Source of the DNA: an uncultured virus (IMG/VR IMGVR_UViG_3300005460_000001)
Lineage: Duplodnaviria > Heunggongvirae > Uroviricota > Caudoviricetes
DNA: 64,000 nucleotides
IMG/VR virus record: IMGVR_UViG_3300005460_000001
Span: 1-64,000 of that record
Reading direction: 5' to 3' (one strand)
The stretch's first letter is position 1, and each line of letters begins with the position of its first letter. The notes beneath the pieces are model-generated. The model was not told the origin of the DNA and ran no database searches. It saw nothing but the letters and a program-made list of their open reading frames with translations. This document shows, piece by piece, positions 18,870 through 28,912 of the stretch. The position numbers and the translations under genes were made by a program.

Positions 18870-18916
18870 GTATTATATATTATATTTATGATTATCTATG
18901 AAAGGAGGAGGTTATA

Positions 18917-19303
18917 GTGTACAATGGAGACGTTTGGTATATGATACCTGGATTTAATGGATATGAGATAAACGAGGACAAAGTAGTAAGGTCTATGAAA
19001 AGATTTAACGCAGTACCAGGATATCTTATTAAGTTATATAAAGGAGGTTATTATGAACTCTCTGATAACCATTGTAAAAGGGTTAGAAAAACTCCTGATG
19101 AACTGTGGGATTTAGTTCAGGAGCAAATAAAAAATTCTAAAGCACAGGTTCGTGTACGCGAAGATTATCATAATCACATAAGTAGTAGAAACAAATTTAA
19201 AAATTTTTATCCTGAATCTATAGAAGAAGACAAATCATCTCCAGGCTTGAAAAGGGGGTCCGATGATAGATTTTATATGGATTTTTCAGGATTAATGAAT
19301 TAG
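18917..19303 (+). CDS. NUMOD4-like domain protein (no intact HNH)
   Basis: DVWYMIPGFNGYEINEDKVVRS matches the NUMOD4 pattern; GTG start after AAGGAGGAGG. Confidence 0.6.
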   Translation: MYNGDVWYMIPGFNGYEINEDKVVRSMKRFNAVPGYLIKLYKGGYYELSDNHCKRVRKTPDELWDLVQEQIKNSKAQVRVREDYHNHISSRNKFKNFYPESIEEDKSSPGLKRGSDDRFYMDFSGLMN

Positions 19304-19314
19304 GAGGATGGAAA

Positions 19315-19622
19315 GTGAAAAAGGAATTCGTAGAAAGAAAGGTTTACAATAATGTGATACCTGTAAAATTGGTTTCATCGTCAGTACCCATTTTGCTATA
19401 ATGATTATATAAATAGGATAGAGAGGGCGCGAAATACAAAAAGTCTTCTTGATAATTATTTAAAATCATTAGGATTGTGTTATAAACAAAACAGGAAATG
19501 AGTATATTATCCATGATGATGGAAAATTATATTGTGATTATTATAAAAACACCAAAATAGAGGATTATGAATATGAAATTGGCAAAATATACGATTTGGC
19601 ATCGGCAATAACTATACATTAA
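19315..19622 (+). pseudogene. probable frameshifted gene remnant
   Basis: AGGAGG plus GTG start followed by three short successive open frames that fill the gap before gyrA. Confidence 0.35.
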
Positions 19623-19645
19623 TTTTATAAAGGAGATGTAGATAA

Positions 19646-22036
19646 ATGCCAGAAACGATAATACAACAAGATGCTGCTGTATCACATAAGAATAGTATGG
19701 GGAACTATGCCATTGAAGTTAACCTTAGAAGATCAACTCCAGATGCAAAGGATGGATTGAAATTAGTTCATAGGCGTATATTGGACGTCATGTTTAATGA
19801 TGAACCTTGTGCTGAGAAGTTAGTAAAAACGTCTGCAGTTGTAGGTACTACGATGAAAAAGTCCCATCCGCACGGAGATGCTTCTATAGGAGATGCTATT
19901 AAACCGATGGTAAACTGGTGGGAGATAGGAATACCGTTAATAGATACAAGGTCGAACTATGGTAATTTCCACGGTAAAGGAGCAGCAGCACCTCGATATA
20001 CAGAGATAAAATTATCACAATTCTGTTTGGATTGTGTAATTGGGGATTTAAGAAAATCCAAAAATATTGTAGATTGGGTAGATACTTTTGACTATAGGGA
20101 TAAAGAGCCAGAATATTTTCCGGTAAAAGTCCCGTTGCTATTAATAAATGGAACATTTGGTATTGGGGTTGGTATTAAAACTGAGATTCCTAAGCATCCT
20201 ATTAATGAAGTCATAGATGCAACTCTTAGAGTTATAGAAGACCCGTCTGCCCCAGTGGTGTTGGTTCCCGACACTTGTATGCCATGTGAAATAGTAGAAG
20301 CGAATTGGAAAAAGATTTGCAACACTGGACATGGAAAGTATAAAGTAAGAGGTATTATTGATATTGAACAGAATAAAGATGGTTCATATTCACTGATAAT
20401 AAAGTCAGTCCCAGATAGAGTATATTTCGATAGAGGGAATGCTGAGAATGGTGGCGTTAAATATGTCATACTTAAAATGGTAGAAGAGAAGAAACTTCCT
20501 CAAATAATGAGTATTGACATAGATTCCAAAGGAACAGATATGAGAATAATCATCCGTCTAAGAAAAGGAGCGGACCCCAATTTTGTGAGGGATATGATTT
20601 ATAAAAACACTCAGATGGAAAGCCCATATAGTGTTAACTTTGAAACTCTAGATGGAATCAAACCCCTCAGGATGTCATATAAATCTTATATTGAGTTCTT
20701 TATAGAACAAGCAAAGACGAACAAGTTTAGACTATACGCCAATAAGCTTCAAAAGGCAAATACTCGATATCATAAGATAACCTCTTATATAGAGATATTA
20801 AAATCAGATAAGCTTCAGGAAATGCTCAAAGTAATGCAGACAATGAAGGAAATAAACGATAAAGCATTGATGGAAAAATTAATTAAGAAATTCGGCATTA
20901 GCGATATTCAAGCAGAGTTTTTAATTAATTCAACTTATAAGACTTCGTCAATAGCATATCGTTTATCATATGAGAAAGAGGCAAAAGCATTAGAAGAGGA
21001 TATTAAGCATTTCATTGATATGATTACTATTGATGAATTGATTATTCAAGAGATAGTAGATGAGCTCAAATATTTTAAGAAGAAATATGGACAGCCTAGA
21101 CGAAGTAAAGTTATAAAGATTAAAGACCTATCTCATATACCAGAAGGGCAATTTAATATCGTCATAACCGAAGCCGGGTTCGTCAGAAAATTATCTCCTT
21201 TTGATGCTGTTAATAACATTAAAGGAGATGCTCCTAAGCATGTTATGACTGTAGAGAATACAGAGAATATATTGTTGTTTACAGCATCTGGTAAGGTATT
21301 TAATGTTCCAATACACAAGATTCCGGTAACGGAAAAAAGTGGAGTAGGAACTGACTTAAGATTACTAGTAAAAGGATTAGTCAGTGATATAGTGGAAATC
21401 ATGTATCTTCCCATGGTGAAAGAACGTGCTAATGATGCTAAGAATAAATACTTTATAATGACTCTTACCGAAGGTAATTGTATAAAGAAAATGGATTTAG
21501 ATGATTTTCTTAATGTGCCGCCATCTGGAATCTTATTCACAAAGATTAATTCTGGTGATAGAGTTATTGATGTAAAAATCGTGTCTAAGGATTCTGATAT
21601 AATAGTATGGTCAGATAGGAAGGCTTTACGTATGAAAGCTGAATCTGTTCCTCACTTCAGAAGAAATACTTTAGGCGTTGGCGCTATGAGTGGTAAAGAT
21701 CATATTGATGGATTTACTGAAGTTCGTAAAGATATTACTGATGTCTTAGTAATAACTAATTCTGGAAGGGTTAATCGATTTGATATTATAGGGTTGCCGT
21801 TATCAGATAGATATAAAGCCGGCTCCAATGTGGTTAAACTAGGAAAAACTGATAGTATACATTCTATACTATGCTGTAATTCAAATGATATGGTACTAGT
21901 CACTTCTAAAGTTGGAGACACAGAATATCCCGTGAGTTCTATAAAGACGGGCTCTAGTATATCTGCTGGAGAAAAAGTAATACCTCTGAAAAATGATGTA
22001 ATATTAAAAACAAAAATTCTCAGTAACCCGAACTAA
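19646..22036 (+). CDS. gyrA: type IIA topoisomerase (gyrase) subunit A
   Basis: DGLKLVHRR, HPHGD, GNFHG..AAAPRYTE (catalytic Tyr) and LLINGTFGIGVG; C-terminal beta-pinwheel repeats. Confidence 0.95.
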   Translation: MPETIIQQDAAVSHKNSMGNYAIEVNLRRSTPDAKDGLKLVHRRILDVMFNDEPCAEKLVKTSAVVGTTMKKSHPHGDASIGDAIKPMVNWWEIGIPLIDTRSNYGNFHGKGAAAPRYTEIKLSQFCLDCVIGDLRKSKNIVDWVDTFDYRDKEPEYFPVKVPLLLINGTFGIGVGIKTEIPKHPINEVIDATLRVIEDPSAPVVLVPDTCMPCEIVEANWKKICNTGHGKYKVRGIIDIEQNKDGSYSLIIKSVPDRVYFDRGNAENGGVKYVILKMVEEKKLPQIMSIDIDSKGTDMRIIIRLRKGADPNFVRDMIYKNTQMESPYSVNFETLDGIKPLRMSYKSYIEFFIEQAKTNKFRLYANKLQKANTRYHKITSYIEILKSDKLQEMLKVMQTMKEINDKALMEKLIKKFGISDIQAEFLINSTYKTSSIAYRLSYEKEAKALEEDIKHFIDMITIDELIIQEIVDELKYFKKKYGQPRRSKVIKIKDLSHIPEGQFNIVITEAGFVRKLSPFDAVNNIKGDAPKHVMTVENTENILLFTASGKVFNVPIHKIPVTEKSGVGTDLRLLVKGLVSDIVEIMYLPMVKERANDAKNKYFIMTLTEGNCIKKMDLDDFLNVPPSGILFTKINSGDRVIDVKIVSKDSDIIVWSDRKALRMKAESVPHFRRNTLGVGAMSGKDHIDGFTEVRKDITDVLVITNSGRVNRFDIIGLPLSDRYKAGSNVVKLGKTDSIHSILCCNSNDMVLVTSKVGDTEYPVSSIKTGSSISAGEKVIPLKNDVILKTKILSNPN

Positions 22037-22054
22037 TGGGTTACTGAGCTTATT

Positions 22055-23509
22055 TTGTTAGAAAGAGTGGTGAATACTTTGTTTGAAGCTAATGAATATT
22101 ATTCGTTAGACGAAGAGTCGGCCCATTACAATTTATTAAAAATTATTAAGGGCTCTACTTCTTCTGCTAAAACACTGTTTGACATTTCTACTAAACTTGA
22201 TAGAAGAATGATATTTGCAAATAATATTATTTCAATCAGATGGGGCGATAACAAAAGAAATGGAGCATATATGTTATTTAATTCGATGGCAGATAGACGA
22301 TTCTGTGCCCGCCGTCGTAATCTTAGAACGATACGTACTGATAAAATGCTAATAATAGGAATTGATAAGGAGGAGGCTAAATACGATATGAATGCTAATA
22401 TTAAAAATAAAATATATGATTTTGCAAAGTTACAAATCTTAAATAAATTTCACACTAGTACAAGATTAAATTTAAATCAAGAATCAATGATTAGATTCTT
22501 AAAGTGGTTATCTAAATATGATAAAAAGTGGAAAACTCGTATTAAAAGAATTTCAAAATACGAATATGAGTTTAGAATTGTCGATTATTTTATTATAATA
22601 GATGGTAATACCATAGTAAGGTTAAGAACCGGAGATGCTATAAAAAGTGCAATGAATACTTATGATATACTTAACGGAGGATCATTTATATCATATAAAA
22701 CCATTCTTGTAGATATATATGGTAAACAATGCTTTGCCCTAATAAAGTTATTTGATTCTTTAACAAGTTTTAGAAAAAGTATTGGGTGTTATACTGTATC
22801 TCATTCTTCTAATCGTGATCCTAATGTAGAAGTATATTATAAATCATTAAGTACAAGAAGCAAAGAAACCGTATTTATGAATAAAGATATAAATAACCGA
22901 TTGTTTGCTCATATCGATAGGTTCCTTTCAAACAAGAATAAATATAAATCCAGAGATTTGTTATATAAGACCGGAATCCTGTTATATGGAGAACCAGGAA
23001 CTGGAAAATCTACAATATCTAGAATGATTTGTACAGAATATGATTTAGATATGATTATTATTGATATGAGTAATTTTTGTAAAATGAATATTGATTATAT
23101 TACCAACAGTATTAATGCTGATGGAAATATGTATGTGATAGTATTAGAAGACATTGATAGAGTAATGGATAATGCTGAAACTGATAAATATGAAGCTGTC
23201 AACAAATTACTTCAATTTTTGGATTCATCGTCCTCTCCTACTAATGTAATATTTATAGCTACTACTAATCATTTAGATAGATTAGATCCTGCTATTACAC
23301 GTGACGGTAGGTTTGATCTTGCGCTTAACGTAGGAAGTATTAACAAAGGACCAGCTTTAAATATGATTAAATCGTTTGATGTGAATGAATCAGATGCAGA
23401 AGAATTATGGAATAAAAATAACGTTAACGGTACAGTAAATCCGGCAAAATTACAAAATAAAATTTTGCAGTTCCAAGGAGAAAAAGAATTAGAATTACAG
23501 GAGGATTAA
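22055..23509 (+). CDS. AAA+ ATPase (BCS1-like)
   Basis: GILLYGEPGTGKS, VLEDID and TTNHLDRLDPAITRDGRFD. Confidence 0.85.
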   Translation: MLERVVNTLFEANEYYSLDEESAHYNLLKIIKGSTSSAKTLFDISTKLDRRMIFANNIISIRWGDNKRNGAYMLFNSMADRRFCARRRNLRTIRTDKMLIIGIDKEEAKYDMNANIKNKIYDFAKLQILNKFHTSTRLNLNQESMIRFLKWLSKYDKKWKTRIKRISKYEYEFRIVDYFIIIDGNTIVRLRTGDAIKSAMNTYDILNGGSFISYKTILVDIYGKQCFALIKLFDSLTSFRKSIGCYTVSHSSNRDPNVEVYYKSLSTRSKETVFMNKDINNRLFAHIDRFLSNKNKYKSRDLLYKTGILLYGEPGTGKSTISRMICTEYDLDMIIIDMSNFCKMNIDYITNSINADGNMYVIVLEDIDRVMDNAETDKYEAVNKLLQFLDSSSSPTNVIFIATTNHLDRLDPAITRDGRFDLALNVGSINKGPALNMIKSFDVNESDAEELWNKNNVNGTVNPAKLQNKILQFQGEKELELQED

Positions 23510-23512
23510 AAA

Positions 23513-24502
23513 ATGAAGAAAATAATTTGTTATCACCATAATGATCACGATGGAATAGTAGCAGCAGCAGTACTTGCAGATTATTATAAGAGAGTTGAAT
23601 CATCTATACCGCTGGATTTTCGTATGGTAGATTACTCATGCGATCTCGAATTAGAAGACATAGATGCTGATGAAGTACAAGAAGTATTCTTTCTTGATTA
23701 TTCGTTTAGTGGTGCAAAAAATTATGAGAATCTTATAAGATTGCATGAAAGATTTAAGATGGAAGGTAAAGGATCAAATATATATTGGATTGACCATCAT
23801 AAGTCATCAATAGATAAAGACATTCCAGAAATAAGCGGATACAGAAGTAATAGGTATTGTGGTGCTGTATTAACTTGGCTATTTCTTAATACTAGTAATG
23901 TAAATTTCCAAGAAGTTATTGAACATAGTGTGAAATTATCAAAAGTTCCAGAATTTCCAGTATTTTTGAAATATATTGATGACTATGATTGCTGGAAAAA
24001 ACAGTTTCCGGAGACTAATGATATTCATTACGGATTTAACGTTATAGATCCTCAAGATCCAGTATTCCGTATTTTATTATGGAGTAGTAATAAGGAAAAA
24101 GCATTAGAATTAATAGAACAATATAAACTTATTGGAGCTGGTGTGAAAAAATATTTAGAGTTTGAAAATAATAATTATCATGTAAATATGTATGGGTTTA
24201 AAGTTAACTTTTGCGGATATAATGCATTTGCGTTAAATCGTAAAGGAAACAGCTTGATGTTTGGAAACTTAGTGGATAAATACGACATAGTTATCCCATT
24301 TTATTATAATGGTCTTAATGGTCAATGGAATTATTCATTGTTCACTAATAGAGATAATTTAGATGTAGAGGAGTTAGCTGTTAAATTTGGAGGAGGAGGG
24401 CACAGGCAAGCTGCGGGATTCCAAACAGATAAATGCATATTTGAGAATTGTAATTATGCGGTGGATACCTTTACTAAAATTATAAATGCTCCGAATACGT
24501 AA
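23513..24502 (+). CDS. DHH/DHHA1 phosphoesterase
   Basis: DHDG, FLDYS, WIDHH and GGGGHRQAAGF. Confidence 0.9.
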   Translation: MKKIICYHHNDHDGIVAAAVLADYYKRVESSIPLDFRMVDYSCDLELEDIDADEVQEVFFLDYSFSGAKNYENLIRLHERFKMEGKGSNIYWIDHHKSSIDKDIPEISGYRSNRYCGAVLTWLFLNTSNVNFQEVIEHSVKLSKVPEFPVFLKYIDDYDCWKKQFPETNDIHYGFNVIDPQDPVFRILLWSSNKEKALELIEQYKLIGAGVKKYLEFENNNYHVNMYGFKVNFCGYNAFALNRKGNSLMFGNLVDKYDIVIPFYYNGLNGQWNYSLFTNRDNLDVEELAVKFGGGGHRQAAGFQTDKCIFENCNYAVDTFTKIINAPNT

Positions 24503-24543
24503 GAGGAAAAACATCCTGATAATACATTATCAGGAGGTTTGGT

Positions 24544-25731
24544 ATGGCAACTATAAGAGTCCCAATAACAAGCGTGGCTGTTAAGAAAATATATCCATTA
24601 GTAAGTAAGTCATTATCATCTAATACTGCTAAATATAAAAGGAATCTTCAAGAATTCTTTAATGCTCGGTCGAAAGATATTTACGATACTGCTCCTTATT
24701 CGAGATTGATGTTTGGAGAAGATGAAACCCAGGATTTTTTTAAATCAATTAATATTACTAAGGAGCAGATTCGTGAGTTATTAACTGAAACCTATTATTG
24801 GAAAATGAACTTTTCTCCGGCAGCAGCTAAAGATGAATTGACTATGACCATGATGATGATCATAAGATATTTTCTTAAAAAAGGAGACAAAGTTAATGCG
24901 GAGATATCTGCGATATATTTAGCATTTAGTGGTAGATTTTATCCGTCGATTCACTACGGGCAGTTTCCAAAAGCTCAACCAAGTGAGTATAGACATATAA
25001 TGGAATATGTAGTAAACAATATGCTTACTATGAAATTTGATCTCAAAAGGGAAGGAAGTTTATTTGGAGCTATACGATCTATATGTAGAACTTGGCTAAC
25101 AAAATACGGTCCTACTATAAAGGGAGATATGGACGATGAAGAGAATGCTGAAATTATTAAACAGCTTCACGGTAGAATTAAATCATTCATAATTAATATA
25201 GCATCATTATACTATGAAGCTCATGAGAATAAAAACTATCTGACATACGATTCTGATATGGATAATGAGGATTCGTTTAGACTTGCAGATAATGATTCTC
25301 TCCGAATCGAAAGAGCAGTGGAAAATGCAATGAATTTCATAAATAATAATAACGTAGACTTTAGACTATGTACATATGCATCTGATACTAATGTGAAAGT
25401 GAACGAAGTCAAATCTATCATAGAAGGAATTCAAGATGATAAAGTATGTCTGGGAGAGATTAAGGAGTTGTTTCGCATTATAATCGCCGAGTATTTTCAA
25501 GTTTCTACGAATAAAAACCTTGCAAGTACAGATTTTGTTTCTAAATCTATAACTTCAAAACCTAATACCAAGAATAAAAATATCCTTAGACAAAAGGAAA
25601 TAATCGAAGGGTGGCTAGATGAAAAATCTCCACAATATAGGAAGAGAAGAAGCCGTCCAGAAACGAAATCGTCTTATTACAAATCTATACTAAAATATTA
25701 TGTATTGGTTATCAACAAAGCTAATAGATAA
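24544..25731 (+). CDS. jumbo-phage hypothetical protein
   Basis: 395-aa ORF, AGGAGGT RBS, preceded by AACA-N6-TA (24510) and followed by a terminator. Confidence 0.8.
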   Translation: MATIRVPITSVAVKKIYPLVSKSLSSNTAKYKRNLQEFFNARSKDIYDTAPYSRLMFGEDETQDFFKSINITKEQIRELLTETYYWKMNFSPAAAKDELTMTMMMIIRYFLKKGDKVNAEISAIYLAFSGRFYPSIHYGQFPKAQPSEYRHIMEYVVNNMLTMKFDLKREGSLFGAIRSICRTWLTKYGPTIKGDMDDEENAEIIKQLHGRIKSFIINIASLYYEAHENKNYLTYDSDMDNEDSFRLADNDSLRIERAVENAMNFINNNNVDFRLCTYASDTNVKVNEVKSIIEGIQDDKVCLGEIKELFRIIIAEYFQVSTNKNLASTDFVSKSITSKPNTKNKNILRQKEIIEGWLDEKSPQYRKRRSRPETKSSYYKSILKYYVLVINKANR

Positions 25732-25851
25732 AAAGGGGCTACACTCACACGAGTGTAGCCTATATTTATTTTTTGTGAAATTGCTGGAAGGTAATTATAT
25801 AATATTATAGTGAAATACAAAAATATTATAATTCCATAGGAGGAAAGACAA

Positions 25852-26373
25852 ATGAGAGAAATGATGTTATTAAAAGAATTAGGAGACATAGCGGCAAAGC
25901 ATCGGATTGATTGTTTTATCATATTGGGTGAATCTGTAGTGCATGTAGAAGACACAAAAAATGAAGATCCTAATAATCTTTCGCGTGATGCATATCAATT
26001 TATGGTAAATTGGAATACTATGCTGGGGAACAAGTATGATACAGAATATTACGATTCGGCCAATGCTTGTCGTGGATGGTTAAAAATAGGAATAGACGGA
26101 TATAAAACTCCAAGCAACAGCAACATTAGTCCTATTAGCTGCATTCTTCCAGAAAGAGCACATGTTACATCGATTTCAGAAATAGAATGGATGGATTTAG
26201 CGGAGGAATATCTTGACCTTCTTCAATTGCCATATCTTGTAGTAACCTGCGATGAATTCATAGATAAGAGCTGTGATAACAGATTATTCAATGCAATTAT
26301 CCATGATTTAAAGGCAGAGTTAAAGGAAATCAAAAAGGAGGAATTGTCTGATGAACACGAAGAAGAATTTTAA
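25852..26373 (+). CDS. hypothetical protein
   Basis: 173-aa ORF, AGGAGG RBS. Confidence 0.8.
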   Translation: MREMMLLKELGDIAAKHRIDCFIILGESVVHVEDTKNEDPNNLSRDAYQFMVNWNTMLGNKYDTEYYDSANACRGWLKIGIDGYKTPSNSNISPISCILPERAHVTSISEIEWMDLAEEYLDLLQLPYLVVTCDEFIDKSCDNRLFNAIIHDLKAELKEIKKEELSDEHEEEF

Positions 26374-27013
26374 ATCCTATATTCCGATTGAAACATTTTT
26401 GTTCAACAATGATAAGATATTCTACACTGGAGCCGAGATAAAGGACGAAATTATATCAGTGATGGAAGCCACGAAGGATAAAGAGAATAGAGTAAAGGAA
26501 TACCAGATTGCTTCTTACATGTATAAGAAGTTTGTAGATACTAATAGCCCATTAAGCGACCAGTCTAAATACCAAATAAATGTAAATAGACTAGTATTCA
26601 ATATCCCATATGATGAGTTTTTAATGGTTAATTTTAACAGTCATGTGAAAATCATTAGAAACCGTAAGGTTCGATACCAAAATCTTAAAGTCACAGAAAA
26701 TAAATTCTTCTTAGATTTTCTTAAGTATTTGAGGAGTAGAGGAATCGAGTTGACCGATTTTGCGCTGATTCAGTACAATTCTGGAGAGAAAAGGCTTGTG
26801 TCCTCTAACGAAGAATTTTCTAGATGGATTTATATAATTGATGAGCTGGAAGGAGTATTTGGGGTAACTGATTACGTGGATAACTTATCATTGAAAGATG
26901 TATCTGATGTTCTTATGAGTAGAGAATATCATTATATGAGGGAACTAAACCTGTTAGAAGAAAGAGGTGTAAATATCAGGATATATGACAAAACAAAGAG
27001 ATACAAGTACTAA
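26351..27013 (+). CDS. hypothetical protein
   Basis: 220-aa ORF, AAGGAGG RBS. Confidence 0.8.
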   Translation: MNTKKNFKSYIPIETFLFNNDKIFYTGAEIKDEIISVMEATKDKENRVKEYQIASYMYKKFVDTNSPLSDQSKYQINVNRLVFNIPYDEFLMVNFNSHVKIIRNRKVRYQNLKVTENKFFLDFLKYLRSRGIELTDFALIQYNSGEKRLVSSNEEFSRWIYIIDELEGVFGVTDYVDNLSLKDVSDVLMSREYHYMRELNLLEERGVNIRIYDKTKRYKY

Positions 27014-27398
27014 TTACTACCATTTATCACAATCTGGTAGGATTAAAATTGCTGTTCCTAAGGTATCGTCTATGGCGGTACCATCATTCGAAGATACGAG
27101 TATACCAAGAGTTAGTTTTGCTCCTTCTATAGATCAATGTATATCCGCATTGATTCCGGCGGTTAGAACTATCTTTTATGTGTACGTTCCAGAAGACCTG
27201 AAAAATTTTCAAATATATAAACCCAAAATTTATCAGGTAAGAGATTGTAAAGAAACTGGAGAAGTTTGGTCATTGAAACGAGTACGTGTAAAATGTATTG
27301 GAAAAATCAAAATCACAAAATCATTAGGGTATGAAAAACATAAGAACTATAGAGGGGTATTTCATATTCATAGATATGATTGGGAATGGATAGAATAA
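26985..27398 (+). CDS. hypothetical protein, possible ADP-ribosyltransferase-like fold
   Basis: YHLS...PRVSFAPS...TGEVW (H-S-E spacing reminiscent of ART folds); function speculative. Confidence 0.6.
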   Translation: MTKQRDTSTNYYHLSQSGRIKIAVPKVSSMAVPSFEDTSIPRVSFAPSIDQCISALIPAVRTIFYVYVPEDLKNFQIYKPKIYQVRDCKETGEVWSLKRVRVKCIGKIKITKSLGYEKHKNYRGVFHIHRYDWEWIE

Positions 27399-27814
27399 TA
27401 CTAATGCGAAGGAGTGTAAGATTACAGATGATAAAGGTACCAGCAAGCAAGATTAAAGAAATAAAATATGATGGTAAAAATTTATTATTTATATCTACCG
27501 GATTTTTTGATATTGTTATAGCTGTTTCTGGAAATCCAAGTACAATTAAGAGTGTTTTGGCATTGAGAGAAAATAAATGTATGACTATTTGTGCTACTAT
27601 GGGTATAAATAAAATCGAAGTAAGGCTAAACGATGGGCCTGTCCCAAAGTCCGTTTCCATGGAAGATTTTAAGTTTATGTATGCATCTACAAAAATAAGG
27701 ATTTCTACTAATGAAATTCTTATGCATAGTGAATTCTATGGAGAGATAATAGATCCAACTCTTAGTATTTCTTTAAAGGAGGAAAACGGAGAATTAGTAA
27801 CCATATTAAAATAA
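27380..27814 (+). CDS. hypothetical protein
   Basis: 144-aa ORF; true start may be downstream, near AAGGAG. Confidence 0.7.
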   Translation: MGMDRIILMRRSVRLQMIKVPASKIKEIKYDGKNLLFISTGFFDIVIAVSGNPSTIKSVLALRENKCMTICATMGINKIEVRLNDGPVPKSVSMEDFKFMYASTKIRISTNEILMHSEFYGEIIDPTLSISLKEENGELVTILK

Positions 27815-27836
27815 TAAAAAGAAAAGGAGAACAATT

Positions 27837-28283
27837 ATGATTCATGGTATGTATAACACAACAAGAACTAAGCTTAGCATTAAGAGAGGTAGATTTTTTG
27901 GAAAGATCAAGGTGAAACTCGAATGTAGGCATATCCTTACGGGCTTAAAGACCGATATTATTTTCTACTCATTGGCATCAAAGAGATCAATCGATAGTAT
28001 CAGCAGTCGGGTTAGTGAAAACAATCCTTCGGCTAAAGGAGACAGCATTAGCATCCTTGGGTCGGTTACAATTAACGTTGTAGACACTTTTTATGGAAAA
28101 CCTTTTGGAGTTCTGCGCATAAATCCATGTAAGAAAATTAATTTACTTGGGCTAAACGATATTACGGTTTTGGATTTTGAAGACCGCAAACCTGTCAAAG
28201 ACAGCGAAGGATTCTTATTCCGGTTAATGCTTAATAATAAAAATTGTGCAGGAAAATTAGAAGATCTGATAATCGAAGGTTAA
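27837..28283 (+). CDS. hypothetical protein
   Basis: 148-aa ORF, AAGGAG RBS, terminator downstream. Confidence 0.75.
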   Translation: MIHGMYNTTRTKLSIKRGRFFGKIKVKLECRHILTGLKTDIIFYSLASKRSIDSISSRVSENNPSAKGDSISILGSVTINVVDTFYGKPFGVLRINPCKKINLLGLNDITVLDFEDRKPVKDSEGFLFRLMLNNKNCAGKLEDLIIEG

Positions 28284-28392
28284 CAAAAAGGAAGAGGGAC
28301 AGAAATATGCTGTCCCTCTTTTATTTATAATTGTAGTAAAATAAAAATAGTTATACATATAATTGATAGAAAATAAAGCATAGTGCTAATAA

Positions 28393-28464
28393 TGGGCATT
28401 CGCCAAGAGGTAAGGCACGGGACTTTGACTCCTGAATTCGTTGGTTCGAATCCAATATGCCCAG
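28393..28464 (+). tRNA. tRNA-Gln(TTG)
   Basis: acceptor TGGGCAT/ATGCCCA, anticodon arm CGGGA-CTTTGAC-TCCTG, GGTTCGAATCC T arm; CCA not encoded. Confidence 0.9.
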
Positions 28465-28837
28465 TTCGGCTGAGTGGGTTAATCTCTGCCGAATCGTTGT
28501 CGGTAATTGCTGGGGGGCAGTAACGATACCGGCCTATGGTGCACGGCCGCTAAGAAAAGCCGGCAGTATCTGCGTAGAATGCAGGGTGCGGCTATGGCGG
28601 TTAGAGTACAGCAGTGCTATACCAAAATGTAATGAGTGTTAATCGTGTAGCGATTGGGGTTAGAGCTCGCTCCGAAAGAGAATCGCAGTGTAAGTGTTAA
28701 CACCTGCTCCGCAAGTGGCGGTAATTGAATGGTAATGTGTAAGACTCAGCACTGAATCAAAAGAAAAGAGTCTGAGATATAGCTCGCCGAGAGAGGCAAC
28801 AGCAGATGCAGTTAGCATACGTTGGCGATCTTAACCC
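28465..28837 (+). ncRNA. putative large structured ncRNA between tRNAs
   Basis: GC-rich ~370 nt with many hairpins; 5' GGGTTAA can pair with 3' TTAACCC; no credible RBS-led ORF. Confidence 0.6.
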
Positions 28838-28912
28838 GGGCCATTAGCTCAGCTTGGTTAGAGCAACCGGCTCATAACCGGTCGGTCATAGGTTCGAGTC
28901 CTATATGGCCCA
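28838..28912 (+). tRNA. tRNA with CAT anticodon, probably tRNA-Ile2 (lysidine type)
   Basis: GGGCCAT/ATGGCCC acceptor, ACCGG-CTCATAA-CCGGT anticodon arm, GGTTCGAGTCC; body resembles Firmicute tRNA-Ile2. Confidence 0.88.

Noticed and set aside
28465..28837. tmRNA, RNase P RNA or group I intron
   Set aside because: There are no tmRNA tRNA-like ends and no RNase P GAGGAAAGUCC motif. GAGATATAGCTC only loosely resembles a group I S element, and no interrupted gene flanks it.
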